Below, one piece after another: positions 25,371-35,825 of a DNA stretch of 64,000 nt (positions are counted from its first letter, which is position 1; each line of letters starts with the position of its first letter). The position numbers and the translations under genes were made by a program. This DNA is from Deltaproteobacteria bacterium (GTDB lineage Bacteria > Myxococcota_A > Polyangia > Polyangiales > Houyiibacteriaceae): contig JAXMNT010000029.1 in the NCBI GenBank assembly GCA_034670305.1, forward strand, positions 1-64,000. Direction: 5' to 3'. The notes under the pieces were generated by a model. The model searched no databases and was not told the DNA's origin. It saw only the letters and a program-made list of their open reading frames with translations.

Positions 25371-26800
25371 CGCAGGACGGAGGTGACTTCGCGGTAGGGG
25401 CGGCTGCCGGGGCCGAGCACGCGGCCGGCGCCGTACGCGCTGAGCATCGTGTTGTAGAGGTCGAGGCCTTCGGCGCCCGCGTCGATGATCTCGCCGGTGC
25501 GGAAACGTTCGTTGCCGCCGCTGATGGCGTGGAAGATGCCGCTCAGTTCGCGGCGCACGTCGTTGTGGCGTCCGTCGCCGCTCTCGGTCGAGATGGTGAT
25601 CATCGAGTTCTCGAGAATGGTCTGGCCGTTGGCGTCGGCGTGGTCCGGGTCGTCGAGCTGCTCGAGGAAGTACCGCACCTGCGCGAGTTTCATGCGGAGG
25701 TGGGCGCGCAGTTCGGTGTTCGCCGCGCTCGCGTTGAACCCGTGCCAGAACTCGTGGCTGCAAGCGGCGGCGCCACTGCGACCTGCGCGGTCGCGTCGGT
25801 CGTCGAAGCTGTAGACCATCTCGCCTTGGTCCATGAAGTTGCCGGTCAGTCGGATGCGTTCGCCGGCCGAGAGGAAGGTCGCGCTTCCGAAGCGCACGGT
25901 GTCGCACTGGATGCCGAGGGCGTAGAGGTCGGCCATGAGGCGCCACTCGCTGGCGAGCGCGTCGAGGGTGATGTCGATGCCTTCGCCGCCGGGGTCGGCC
26001 GCTTCGCCGTGGGGGATCGAGCTGCCGGAAGGCATGCCGGGCGCCACGCAGCCCATCGGCATCTCGGTGTCGTCGAACACGCGGCGCTCGTGGTCGCGGA
26101 TGCGATCGAGGTGCACGCGGACGCGTTCCCGCGACGCGGCGCCGAGGTTGCTGCGCTCGCTCATGAGCGCCTCGTACTGGGGCACGACGCTGTCGAGCAC
26201 ACTGCGGCGGCGCCGGAGGCGGAGTTCTTCGGCCGGGTCGCCGGTGGGGCCACCGGTGGTGCCGAAGAGCCGATCGAAGAGCTGCCGCGGCGTCTCTTTC
26301 GGGAGGTCGGCGGGGGAGCCATCCGGGTTCCAGGAATGCAGGTAGCGGTAGGGCCGGTCGTTGCGGCGGAAGAAGGTGCCCATCACCACGCTGTCGGCCA
26401 CGCCGGGCGGCAGGCCTTCCGGATAGGCAGCGCGGCGGAGCGCTTGGTCCATGGTCTCGCCACCGCTGCGTGTGGTTCCGTCGGGCGGCATCGCGCAGAA
26501 GGACGCGCCGGAGCCGTCGTAGTGGGCGTTCAGGCCACCGACGTCGCAGCGGAACTGATCGACGCCGCGCACGATGCAGAGTTTGTCGCGCAGCGGTCCG
26601 AGCGCGCCGAGCGGGCCGGCGTAGCCTTCGCTCTGAAGCGGGGTCGGAAAGCCGAGCCCGAAGAAGACGTTGAACGCGCGCACGGGCGGTTCGGGGGGGG
26701 CCGCGTAGAGTTTGCCGCGCATGGCGCCGAGGAGCGGCAGACCGATGGCGACGGTGCCCGCGCCTCGAAGCATGAACCGCCGAGACATTCGTTTCGACAT
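25367..26800 (-). CDS. DUF1552 family protein (Tat-like N-terminus)
   Basis: SRRFMLRGAG..IGLPLL, P.QLFDRLFG, RRSVLDSV, HLDRIR..E and DANGQTILENS motifs; TGATG overlap with the DUF1592 gene. Confidence 0.9.
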   Translation of the reverse strand: MSKRMSRRFMLRGAGTVAIGLPLLGAMRGKLYAAPPEPPVRAFNVFFGLGFPTPLQSEGYAGPLGALGPLRDKLCIVRGVDQFRCDVGGLNAHYDGSGASFCAMPPDGTTRSGGETMDQALRRAAYPEGLPPGVADSVVMGTFFRRNDRPYRYLHSWNPDGSPADLPKETPRQLFDRLFGTTGGPTGDPAEELRLRRRRSVLDSVVPQYEALMSERSNLGAASRERVRVHLDRIRDHERRVFDDTEMPMGCVAPGMPSGSSIPHGEAADPGGEGIDITLDALASEWRLMADLYALGIQCDTVRFGSATFLSAGERIRLTGNFMDQGEMVYSFDDRRDRAGRSGAAACSHEFWHGFNASAANTELRAHLRMKLAQVRYFLEQLDDPDHADANGQTILENSMITISTESGDGRHNDVRRELSGIFHAISGGNERFRTGEIIDAGAEGLDLYNTMLSAYGAGRVLGPGSRPYREVTSVLR

Positions 26801-28404
26801 CACTCGACCTCCGTGCGGATGGTGCGCAGCAAGGGGCTCTGCGCGAGGGCGACGAGCATGTCGCGGTAGCTGGCGTCGCTCTCGAGGATGGCGTCGCGCA
26901 GGCTGGAGAGCGCGCAGGCGTCGCCGGTCCGAAGACGACGGCCCATGCTCCACTGCGAGAGCTTCAAGGTCAGGCAGTCCTGCACCCGCTCGCTGCCCGA
27001 GAGCACCGCGCCGAGCTCGCCGACGTTCGTGTAGGTCTCCGGCTCGGTCCACGGTCCGAAGCGCACTTCGCCGTCGGCGCGGAGCGGGTTGCCGAACTCG
27101 TCTTCGGTGCGGTAGCGGCCGGTCGCATCGAAACGTTCGAGCCCGTAGGCGAGCGGCTCCATCTGGCGGTGGCAGCCACCGCAGGCGGGGTTCTCGGTGC
27201 GTTCTTCAGAGTAGAAACGCTGCGAGCGTCCTTCTTCGAGCGGTGGCGGCGTGGTGTCCACGCCGTCGGGCGGCGAGTCGAGATCCAAGCAGAGGAAGAC
27301 GTCCATCAAGAAGAGGCCGCGCTGCACCATCGAGGAGTCGTTGCCGCCGATGGTGAGGATGGCGCCCTGGGTGAGGAGGCCACCGCGCTCCGGCACACCG
27401 CTGACATCGACGACGCCGTCTTCGTCCGGTGCGTCGAGCCCGTAGTATGCGGCGACGCGCGGGGACATCTTCGCGACCGTGGTGTCGAAGAGTCCGGTCA
27501 TCGGCACTTCGAGATCGAAGAGCAGGTGTTCGGCGGTGTCGAGCGTCTCCGCTTTCATCTCGGCCGCGAGCGCGAGGTCCCAGTCTGGAAAACGATCGCT
27601 GTCGCGGGTGAGTTGATCGAGCCGGCTGAGTCCGAGCCAGTCGCTCAAGAAGGCGCGCGCGGCGACGTGGGCGCGTTCGTCAGCGAGCATCCGGTCGACG
27701 GTGGCTTCGATCGCCGCGTCGGTGCTGAGCGCGTTGGCTTCGGCCGAGTCGAGCAGCGCGTCGTCGGGCGGTCCACCCCAGACGAGGTAGGAGAGTCGGC
27801 TGGCGAAGTCGTAGGGATCGACCTCGACCGTGCTGCCATCGCCGCGCTCGTGTTCGACGCGGTAGAGGAAACGGGGCGACTGCATCATCGACGCGACGGC
27901 GAGGCGGGCGCCGTCTTCGAACGACTCGTCGGCGAAGACGGTCCCGATCGCGGTGCGTTCGTCGGTGGTCAGCGGCGCGCGAAAGAGGCGGAGGCCCAGG
28001 CTCTCGACGAAGGCGTCGGGCGTCGATCCGTGGGCGGCGATCAGCGCCGCGATGTCGACGCGCTCGCTGGCTTCGAAGGCGAGCGTCTCGTAGCCGGCCA
28101 CGTGTTCGAGCGTGACGATGAGTGTCGCGGCGGTGTTCGAGAACCCGTCGGAGGGCGGTTCGGTCGGCAGCGCGGAGGTCGCGTCGGAGAGGTTCACCCC
28201 GAGGACTTCTTGGGTGGTCCGGAGGTATTCGCCCAGGGTCAGTCGGCGCACCAGGTTGGGGCCCGCTTCGTGGGCGCCTTCGCAGCGGAACTCTTCGCCG
28301 ACGGGGATGGCGTCGTCCGGTTCCACGATCGGCGGTTCGTCGCCGGTTGGGTCGCCGATCAGACCTGAGCAGCCGACACAGAGGAGGAGGAGGAAGGAGC
28401 GCAC
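26800..28404 (-). CDS. DUF1592/DUF1588/DUF1595 family lipoprotein
   Basis: RRLT..EY..T, DGFSN, SPRFLYR.E, ASRLSYLVW..PPD..LL, ERGGLLTQ, VQRG and CGGCH..MEPL.YGLE.FD..GRYR. Confidence 0.9.
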   Translation of the reverse strand: MRSFLLLLCVGCSGLIGDPTGDEPPIVEPDDAIPVGEEFRCEGAHEAGPNLVRRLTLGEYLRTTQEVLGVNLSDATSALPTEPPSDGFSNTAATLIVTLEHVAGYETLAFEASERVDIAALIAAHGSTPDAFVESLGLRLFRAPLTTDERTAIGTVFADESFEDGARLAVASMMQSPRFLYRVEHERGDGSTVEVDPYDFASRLSYLVWGGPPDDALLDSAEANALSTDAAIEATVDRMLADERAHVAARAFLSDWLGLSRLDQLTRDSDRFPDWDLALAAEMKAETLDTAEHLLFDLEVPMTGLFDTTVAKMSPRVAAYYGLDAPDEDGVVDVSGVPERGGLLTQGAILTIGGNDSSMVQRGLFLMDVFLCLDLDSPPDGVDTTPPPLEEGRSQRFYSEERTENPACGGCHRQMEPLAYGLERFDATGRYRTEDEFGNPLRADGEVRFGPWTEPETYTNVGELGAVLSGSERVQDCLTLKLSQWSMGRRLRTGDACALSSLRDAILESDASYRDMLVALAQSPLLRTIRTEVE

Positions 28405-28667
28405 GGCGGCGTGTACTGCAACGTTCGATCCACCCCTCGAGTGGGTTGTGTGGACGCTGTTCGGAGAGACGCGGGGGCAATCGTCGGGCTTTTCGTGTCC
28501 GAACCGGACAGTGACTGGGGGCAGCAGACCTGCGCTGGGGACCAGACTCCGCCAGAGTGGGGCCTCCGCCCCCCGAAAGGTTGTCCGGACGAGCGCCGCG
28601 TGGTGGCTCGCTGCCAGCAGATCTGGCCGCGTCCATGCGCACGGACGACAAAGGGTAGAGTGCCCGC

Positions 28668-30041
28668 ATGCCGGCCGAGTTCGACGAGGTGTTCGATGGG
28701 GTTCGCCTTCAGGTGGATCTTGGTCCGCTCGTGGAGGCGGAGTCCTGGCGCTCGGCCGAGTACGGCATGTGTGCTGCGCTGGCGGTCGTCTCCATCGGGC
28801 TGGCGTTCTCCCTGCGCAGCGCCCGCCGGGAAGCCTGGCTCCTGTTCGTCGTGGCGGTGTTCGGCTTCGGTCTCGGCTGGGGACGCCACCAGGTTCGGTC
28901 CAGCGATCCGCGTTCTGCGTCGCTGTTGGACCTGTTCCCCGCGCTGCATTCGAGGTTCGATGCGTGCGGCGGTTGGGCGACCGCGGCGGTTCTCGGCGCG
29001 GGCGCGGTGGTGCTCGTGCTGCTCGCCGATCTGCCCGGGTGGAAACGCGGCTGGCAGGCGCACGCGGTGCGATTGGTCGTGGGTGGGGCGCTGCTGGCGG
29101 CGGCTGGGTACGTGGCTTCGGTCGCCTCCGAGGTCGACGCGTTCGCGCATGAACTGAACGAAGCCACCCCGCTTCCCCGGCTGGAACTCGACGCGACCCA
29201 GCTCCACGTCAATCAGTCCCTCGACGTGTCGCTTCGGGTCACGCGGCTCGGGTGGCGGGCGCGCCCCGGGTTCTTCAGCGGGTACTACGTGGAGCGAGAC
29301 CCGGGTTCGGCCGCGGATCTCGCCGCACTGGACGCGAACGAAGCGTACCGGGAGCGGATGGTTCCGACGGCATTCACGATCCACGCGCCAAGGCGGCCGG
29401 GGCCGTTCGAGGTGCTCGTGCCGTTACAGGTCGGGCCGATCCGCGCGACCAGCACGGTTCACGCGAGGGCGATCTCGGACGACAGCGACGCGCTCTTTCC
29501 GCTCGTCGCGGGCTCCGCGTACACCTGGTCGAGGTCGGACCGGACGGGACGTGGGCCGCTCCGCGAGGGCGAACCGATGACGCTTCGGGTCGACGGGGTC
29601 AGCGTGCGCGATGGGTTCGTTCGACTCTCGGTGACGATGGGCGAGCAGCGCTACGAGTTGGTTCCGTGGGAGGGCACGTTGCGGCTCGGCGCCAGCGCGG
29701 ACGCGACTCGATTCGTCGAACGCGTCGAGCGCCCCGACCCCGAGCAGCAGACCCTCTCCGCACCCGTGCAAGCGTTGATCGACCTTCCGCTCGAGGGTCC
29801 GCTGTGCCGCATTCATCGGCACCCGCGGAAGGTTTGTCGGTGCGGCGCGGATGGGCCACTCGTGTGTGTGTCGAGCAACGCGCACAGCGGCGAGAACTTG
29901 ATGGTGCTCGGCCTCGGTCTTCTCACGCTGGGGGCTTCCACCGCGAGCGGGGTGCGAATGCGGGGCGCGACCGTGACCGAGTGGCGTCTGACCGAAGTCG
30001 ATGGGCGTCCGACCGAAACCCCCACCATCTTCGAACCCTGA
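28668..30041 (+). CDS. Hypothetical membrane protein
   Basis: Four N-terminal hydrophobic segments, a soluble C-terminal region and a late hydrophobic segment. Confidence 0.65.
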   Translation: MPAEFDEVFDGVRLQVDLGPLVEAESWRSAEYGMCAALAVVSIGLAFSLRSARREAWLLFVVAVFGFGLGWGRHQVRSSDPRSASLLDLFPALHSRFDACGGWATAAVLGAGAVVLVLLADLPGWKRGWQAHAVRLVVGGALLAAAGYVASVASEVDAFAHELNEATPLPRLELDATQLHVNQSLDVSLRVTRLGWRARPGFFSGYYVERDPGSAADLAALDANEAYRERMVPTAFTIHAPRRPGPFEVLVPLQVGPIRATSTVHARAISDDSDALFPLVAGSAYTWSRSDRTGRGPLREGEPMTLRVDGVSVRDGFVRLSVTMGEQRYELVPWEGTLRLGASADATRFVERVERPDPEQQTLSAPVQALIDLPLEGPLCRIHRHPRKVCRCGADGPLVCVSSNAHSGENLMVLGLGLLTLGASTASGVRMRGATVTEWRLTEVDGRPTETPTIFEP

Positions 30042-30057
30042 ACCGAGGGCCGCGTTC

Positions 30058-33000
30058 TCAGTCGCGGAGCAGGCCGAGCAGGGTCTCGAGGTCGGCGCTG
30101 GCGCCGGCGCTGGCGAGGAGTTGGTCGGCGAGGTCGCGCTTGCGTTCGTGGAGCTCGAGGATCTTCTCTTCGACCGAGTCGGCGACGACGAGACGGTAGA
30201 CGGTGACCGGGCGGGTCTGGCCGATGCGGTGTGCACGGTCGGAGGCCTGGTCTTCGACGGCCGGGTTCCACCACGGATCGAGGTGGACCACGTAGTCGGC
30301 GGCGGTGAGGTGCACGCCGGTGCCGCCGGCTTTGAGGCTGATGAGGAAGAGTTCGCCTTCGCCGCCCTGGAACTTGGCGATGCGTTCTTCGCGCGCCTTC
30401 GCAGGCGTCGAGCCGTCGAGGTACTGGTAGCTGACGCCGTCTCGGTCGAGGACCTCGCGGACGAGATCGAGGTGCCGGACGAACTGGCTGAACACCAGCG
30501 CGCGGTGGCCGCCTTCGCGCAGATCGTGGACGAGCTCGATGAAGGTTTCGAGCTTGGCGCTCGGCACGTCCGACTCCGGCATGATGAGCCGAGGGTGACA
30601 GCAGGCCTGGCGGAGCTTGGTCAGCGCGGCCAAGACCTGGATGCGCGAACCTTCCTTCATCGCAGTGGCGAGGCCTTCGCGACGCACCGCTTCGATAAGA
30701 TCGCGCTGAGACTCGCCGGGCTCGACGCGCAGGACGACGTCGGTGCGCGGCGGAAGTTCGGTGAGCACTTCGGACTTCGTGCGGCGGAGGAGGAAGGGGC
30801 TCACGCGGTGACGCAGGCGCTCGAGCGCGAGCGGGTCGCGATCCTGTTCGATCGGCGTGGCGAGTTCTTCGCGGAAGTGTTTGAGCGAACCGAGCAGACC
30901 CGGCTGCAAGAAGCGGAAGAGGCTCCACAGCTCGCCGGTGCGGTTCTCGATCGGAGTGCCACTGAGCGCGACGCGGCTCGCACCACGCAGCGCGAACGCC
31001 GCCCGTGCACGCGCGGTGCGCGGGTTCTTGAACGCTTGGGCTTCGTCGAGCACCACCGTCGACCACTCGCGCGAGGCGAGCAGCTCGCGTTCGCGCGGCA
31101 ACAGGCCATGCGTGGTCAGGACGACATCGCCCGGGCCGGCCTCGGTGACCCACTTGCGGCGCTCCTCGGTCGAGGAACCCGCTTCGAGGCGGCGCACCTT
31201 GAGGGTGCCAGCGAACTTCTTGGACTGTTCCGCCCAGCCGGACACGACACTGGTCGGCGCGACGACGAGCGCCGGGCCCGACGACGCGCGCGCGAGGAGC
31301 AGCGCGAGGGTTTGCACGGTCTTGCCGAGACCCATGTCGTCCGCGAGGCACGCGCCGAAGCCGAGTTCGGTGAGCCGGTGAAGCCAGACGAACCCTTCGT
31401 CCTGGTAGGTCCGCAGCTCGGCGGTCAGCTCTTCGGGGAGCGTCGGCCGGGTGTTCATCACGTGCAGCATGCGCTCGCGTCGTTCGGCGGCGCGGCCGAG
31501 CAGTTCCGGTTCGAGCACACTGCGCTCGAGCGAGAGCAGCAGCGATGGGTGGAGCTTGCCCTCCACCCGATGCGCTTCGATCCGCGTCAGTTCTTCGCGG
31601 AGCTGATCGCTCAGCCGGACCAGTCGGCCGTCGTCGAGCGTGATGTACCCGCGGCCATCGCGGGCCGCTTCGAGCAGTTCGCCGAGCGCGACCACGTGGT
31701 CCTCGTCGACCTGGACCTCGCCCTTGATTTCCAGCCAGCCGCCGGCGCCCATCGCGATGCTCGCGCGCACCCCGAGCACGCCGACTTCGCCGGCGACGCG
31801 CAGCGGACGATCCTGGCGCCAGTCGACGGCCACCCCGGCTTCGGTGAGTTGCGCGAGCAGCTCGAGTGCCTGTTCGAGGTTCTCGGTCTGGCCGCGGGCG
31901 TCGCCCTTCATGGAGAGGCACTGGTCGAGCAGCGCGGCTGCCAACGCCGTCTCTTGGTCGAGGGCACGGCGCACCGCGCGCGGGCCACTCGGCTCCGCGA
32001 TCATCCAGGAGGTGGAGCCTTCGCCGGGATCGGCGACCGGGCCACCGGGTCCGAAGGGCGAGACGACCATCTCCCACGCGACGCCGGTCTTGCAGCGGCG
32101 CAAGCGGACCCGCGGGGCGGGGTCGCCATCGACTTCGCCGGGGAGCGCGGTGTCCGCGCGCAGGTCGACCGCGCCGACCAAGTTCACGGCGGTGTCGACG
32201 AGATCGCGTTCGGCTTCTTCGGGCACGCTGCGCATGCGGCTGGCCAAGCTGGCGAGGCGCGCGTGGGCGGCATCGAAGGTGGTGACGACGAAGTGATCGC
32301 CTTCGTCTTGCACACCGGGTTCGGTCGGCTCGAGGGTGAGCGAGAGGCCTTCGTCGGTGCGGCGGATGCGGAGCGCGATCCGTCCACGACGGACCGGCAT
32401 CGGGCGGGACGGATCATCTCGCGAGACAACTCGGGGATGTCCGATCAGCACATCGAGCACGGCCGGGTCGAACTTTGCGGCGTCCTGATCGCCGAGCGCG
32501 ATGTGGTCGACGATGGCTCGATCCTCGGGGCCGGCTTTGTCGGCCAACCGATCGCTGGCCATCGCGCGGCCGCGGGTCCACGCGCCGTCGCGGCTGCGGG
32601 TCTGCAAGCGCGGACGAAGGGAGAAGCCGGGCGCTTCCCGTTCGGTGCGGAGTTCGTAGACGACGCGCTCTTCGACCGTCTCGGTTTCGAGGGACACCGC
32701 GAGCGCGCCGAGTTCGGCGAGCGAGGTGCGCCAGGAAGCGGGCGGACGGAGAATCGACGCCCATCGACCGACGGCTTCGTCGTGCTCCGCGTCGCGAATG
32801 ATCGCGCGGGCGGCCGCACACTCTGCCGCCACGCCGAGCCAGCGCGCTTCGGTGGCGCGTTCTTCACACCGACGCAGGGTCGGTTCGAGGTCGGTCTCCC
32901 AGACGTCTCCGCGCCACACCCGGACCAGCGCGCCCGCGAGGGCGGCCCATCCCGGTTCGGTGACGAGCGGAGAGAGCGGCACGTCTTCGCCGAGACACGC

Positions 33001-33909
33001 CCGCATCGAGCCAAGCTCTTCCGGGAAGGCGGAGCCGGCCTGGACCGAAAAGACGCCACGGGCGTCCTCTTCTCGTTCGGCCGCGATCAGAAGCGCGAGG
33101 TGCAGCAGACCGTGGATGTCCGGCAGCACCGCGCGGCCGCCACTCATCTCACGGACAGCGGCGCTGTAGGCGGTGTCGAAGTTGTCGAGCGCCGCGTCGC
33201 GTCCGGCGTGAACCTGGATCGAACCGCGCAGGGCCATCAGGTCGACGGTGCGCGGGGCGGCCAATCGGAGGGCGGTCTCGTGGCGGCCTTCCACCCACGC
33301 GTGGAGCGCGAGGCCGAGGCGCACGTCGTCCCAGTCCTCGAGCTCTGCGCCTGCTTCGAGGGCGTCGTCGTCGCGGCGCCAATCGTCGAATGCTTCGACG
33401 AGCAGAACGCCGACCGCCCATGCGCGCGAGTCCGCGGGGAGCGTGTCGACGCTGCGGCCATCGAGATCGAACAACGAACGCAGGCGGAAGGTGGACTCTT
33501 CGGAGCGCAAGCTGGCGCGCAGGCGGCGCGCCTCGCGGCGGCGTCCGAGCAAGAGCGCGGCGCGGAGGTGGGCCCGGGCGGACCGCACGTTGTCGGCAGG
33601 TTCCCCGAGCGCCTTCTTCAGCACCGCCGCGCGGGCTTCGAAGTCACCGTCCTCCACGAGCGTGTCGGTGCAGGCTCGGAGGAGGTTCGCTTCGAGTGCG
33701 ACGTCGCGCCCGTCGCGGGTCAGCGCGCGTGCGGCCTCGAGCTGTTCCACGATCCGCTTGGCGCGGTCCGCGTTCAGCAGGCTTCCACTGCGGGCACGCA
33801 CACCGGCGGCCGAGAGCGCGTCGCCGAGCACGGACAGCGGCACCGGCACACCGATGACTGCGAGCAGCTCGCACACCGAGCGTTGGTCAGGCGAGAGCGC
33901 CCGCGTCAC
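30058..33909 (-). CDS. SNF2-family helicase
   Basis: LRTYQ.EG, LADDMGLGKT, LDEAQ.FKN, SGTPIEN, LRRTK, FSQF, SLKAGG.G..LT.A and DPWWNPAVEDQA.DRAHRIGQ. Start taken at GTG 33909, uncertain. Confidence 0.9.
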   Translation of the reverse strand: MTRALSPDQRSVCELLAVIGVPVPLSVLGDALSAAGVRARSGSLLNADRAKRIVEQLEAARALTRDGRDVALEANLLRACTDTLVEDGDFEARAAVLKKALGEPADNVRSARAHLRAALLLGRRREARRLRASLRSEESTFRLRSLFDLDGRSVDTLPADSRAWAVGVLLVEAFDDWRRDDDALEAGAELEDWDDVRLGLALHAWVEGRHETALRLAAPRTVDLMALRGSIQVHAGRDAALDNFDTAYSAAVREMSGGRAVLPDIHGLLHLALLIAAEREEDARGVFSVQAGSAFPEELGSMRACLGEDVPLSPLVTEPGWAALAGALVRVWRGDVWETDLEPTLRRCEERATEARWLGVAAECAAARAIIRDAEHDEAVGRWASILRPPASWRTSLAELGALAVSLETETVEERVVYELRTEREAPGFSLRPRLQTRSRDGAWTRGRAMASDRLADKAGPEDRAIVDHIALGDQDAAKFDPAVLDVLIGHPRVVSRDDPSRPMPVRRGRIALRIRRTDEGLSLTLEPTEPGVQDEGDHFVVTTFDAAHARLASLASRMRSVPEEAERDLVDTAVNLVGAVDLRADTALPGEVDGDPAPRVRLRRCKTGVAWEMVVSPFGPGGPVADPGEGSTSWMIAEPSGPRAVRRALDQETALAAALLDQCLSMKGDARGQTENLEQALELLAQLTEAGVAVDWRQDRPLRVAGEVGVLGVRASIAMGAGGWLEIKGEVQVDEDHVVALGELLEAARDGRGYITLDDGRLVRLSDQLREELTRIEAHRVEGKLHPSLLLSLERSVLEPELLGRAAERRERMLHVMNTRPTLPEELTAELRTYQDEGFVWLHRLTELGFGACLADDMGLGKTVQTLALLLARASSGPALVVAPTSVVSGWAEQSKKFAGTLKVRRLEAGSSTEERRKWVTEAGPGDVVLTTHGLLPRERELLASREWSTVVLDEAQAFKNPRTARARAAFALRGASRVALSGTPIENRTGELWSLFRFLQPGLLGSLKHFREELATPIEQDRDPLALERLRHRVSPFLLRRTKSEVLTELPPRTDVVLRVEPGESQRDLIEAVRREGLATAMKEGSRIQVLAALTKLRQACCHPRLIMPESDVPSAKLETFIELVHDLREGGHRALVFSQFVRHLDLVREVLDRDGVSYQYLDGSTPAKAREERIAKFQGGEGELFLISLKAGGTGVHLTAADYVVHLDPWWNPAVEDQASDRAHRIGQTRPVTVYRLVVADSVEEKILELHERKRDLADQLLASAGASADLETLLGLLRD

Positions 33910-33935
33910 GATGGGCGCGGACTGAAGTTGGTCGC

Positions 33936-35825
33936 TCAAGAACGCCGCCCCTGTCCGTGCGCGAGTTCCAGCTGTCCGCGCTCCTCGAGGAGCTCCACGA
34001 CCGAGTCGGCGGCCTTGTCGATGCGTACTCGGTGCAGTGCCAAGGTCAGTTCCGGATGGTGCGGGGGTTCGAATCCGTCGAAGTCGGCGTCGGGCCGGCG
34101 TTCGCGACAGAGTTCGGGGTCGGTGTTCACGTAGATCTCGAAGAGGCGGTCTTCCGCGATGCGGGCGCGGAGCTGGTCGCGCTCCTGTACGGAGCGGCTC
34201 GGGAATGCGCAGATGCACACGAGTCCCGCTTCGCTGCAGGCTTTGGCCGCGGAGATCATGGAGCGAAGGTCTTCGCCCGTGGGATCGAGGACCGTGGCGG
34301 TGCGGCCGAGGTCGAAGAGCCGGCGCTCGAGCGCATAGGCCAGGCTCCATCGGCCGGAGCCGGGAAGTCCCACGAGCCACACGACCGCGCCGCGCTGCCC
34401 AGTCCGGTCGAGGCGCTCGGTCGGGCTGACCTGCGTCTTCGGGGTGAGCCCCGAGCCAGCGCGAAGTTCACGGAGCGCGGAGTCGAGGTCCTGGGCGTCC
34501 GCGCCCGAACGACCGATCATGCCGGCGGCGACCGTGTCGTTGGTCAACGAGTCGACGAGAATGAACGCGCCGGTCGTCGGATTCTGCGCGTAGGCATCGT
34601 AGAACAACGCCCGGTGGGCGCTGAGCCGCACGAGGCCGATGTCGTTCAGCCCGAGTCGGTCCGTGTCGACCTCTTCGAGCGTGTCCATGTCCTTGCGCCA
34701 ATGCACAGCGTCGACCTGCACCCGGACGGACTGCGTCGTGTGCTTGAGCAGGTAGGTCTTCTGCGGGTCGAGTTCCGTCTCCGCCATCCAGACGACGTGT
34801 GCGTCGAACGCACGGCCGACGCGCGGCAGGTCTTTGGGCGAGACGATCATGTCGCCGCGGCTGCAATCGATCTCGTCCGCCAGGCGGATGCACACGGACT
34901 GAGGCGCGAACGCTTCCTTGAGTGGCCCGTCGAAGGTGTCGATCGAGCGGACCGTGCTCCTCTTGCCACTCGGCAAGACCATGATCTCGTCGCCTTTGCG
35001 CACGGCGCCGCTCGCGACCTGGCCGGCGAAGCCGCGGTAGTCGAGGTTGGGGCGCACGACGTACTGCACCGGGAACCGGAAGTGATCGAGGTTGCGGTCT
35101 CCGGCGATCGGGACGGTCTCCAAGTACTCGAGGACCGAAGGGCCGTCGTACCAGGGGGTCTCGTCCGAGGGGCCGACGATGTTCGCGCCCTTGAGTGCGC
35201 TGATCGGGAAGAACGTCACGTCGTCGATGCCGCCGCCGGCATCGCGCAGGCCCTGCATGAACGCGCGGAAGTTCTCGCGGATGCGTTCGAACACACCCTG
35301 GTCGTACCCGACGAGGTCCATCTTGTTCACGCAGACCGCGAGGTGCTTCAGTCCGAGCAGCGAGGCGATGTAGCCATGCCTGCGGCTCTGCTGGAGCACG
35401 CCGAGACGCGCGTCGATCAAGATGAGCGCGACGTTCGCGGTCGACGCGCCGGTCACCATGTTGCGGGTGTACTGAACGTGTCCCGGGGTGTCGGCGATGA
35501 TGAACTTGCGCTTGTCGGTCGAGAAGTACCGGTACGCGACGTCGATGGTGATGCCCTGCTCGCGTTCGGCGCGCAGACCATCGGTGAAGAGCGAGAAGTC
35601 GATCTCTTCGCCCTCGATGCTGGAGGCGCGCTTCACGGCTTCGAGCTGGTCTTCGTAGACCATGCCGGTGTCGTGCAGCAGCCGACCGATCAACGTGGAC
35701 TTGCCGTCGTCGACGCTGCCGACTGCGACGAAGCGCAGCAGCTCTTTGTGCTGGTAGCGGTCGAGGTAGGCGCCGACGTCCTTGCGAAGGAGCGCGTCGT
35801 CTTCTTGGGTGAACGAGGTGCCCAT
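33936..35825 (-). CDS. cysN: Sulfate adenylyltransferase subunit 1 with a degenerate C-terminal APS-kinase-like domain
   Basis: GSVDDGKSTLIGRLL, EREQGITIDVAYRYF, DTPGH and NKMD; CysC-like tail with altered P-loop. Confidence 0.92.
   Translation of the reverse strand: MGTSFTQEDDALLRKDVGAYLDRYQHKELLRFVAVGSVDDGKSTLIGRLLHDTGMVYEDQLEAVKRASSIEGEEIDFSLFTDGLRAEREQGITIDVAYRYFSTDKRKFIIADTPGHVQYTRNMVTGASTANVALILIDARLGVLQQSRRHGYIASLLGLKHLAVCVNKMDLVGYDQGVFERIRENFRAFMQGLRDAGGGIDDVTFFPISALKGANIVGPSDETPWYDGPSVLEYLETVPIAGDRNLDHFRFPVQYVVRPNLDYRGFAGQVASGAVRKGDEIMVLPSGKRSTVRSIDTFDGPLKEAFAPQSVCIRLADEIDCSRGDMIVSPKDLPRVGRAFDAHVVWMAETELDPQKTYLLKHTTQSVRVQVDAVHWRKDMDTLEEVDTDRLGLNDIGLVRLSAHRALFYDAYAQNPTTGAFILVDSLTNDTVAAGMIGRSGADAQDLDSALRELRAGSGLTPKTQVSPTERLDRTGQRGAVVWLVGLPGSGRWSLAYALERRLFDLGRTATVLDPTGEDLRSMISAAKACSEAGLVCICAFPSRSVQERDQLRARIAEDRLFEIYVNTDPELCRERRPDADFDGFEPPHHPELTLALHRVRIDKAADSVVELLEERGQLELAHGQGRRS

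Noticed and set aside
33910-34380. N-terminal extension of the SNF2 ORF, or a cysN-SNF2 fusion
   Set aside because: Different frame, overlapping cysN, with shadow-like composition.
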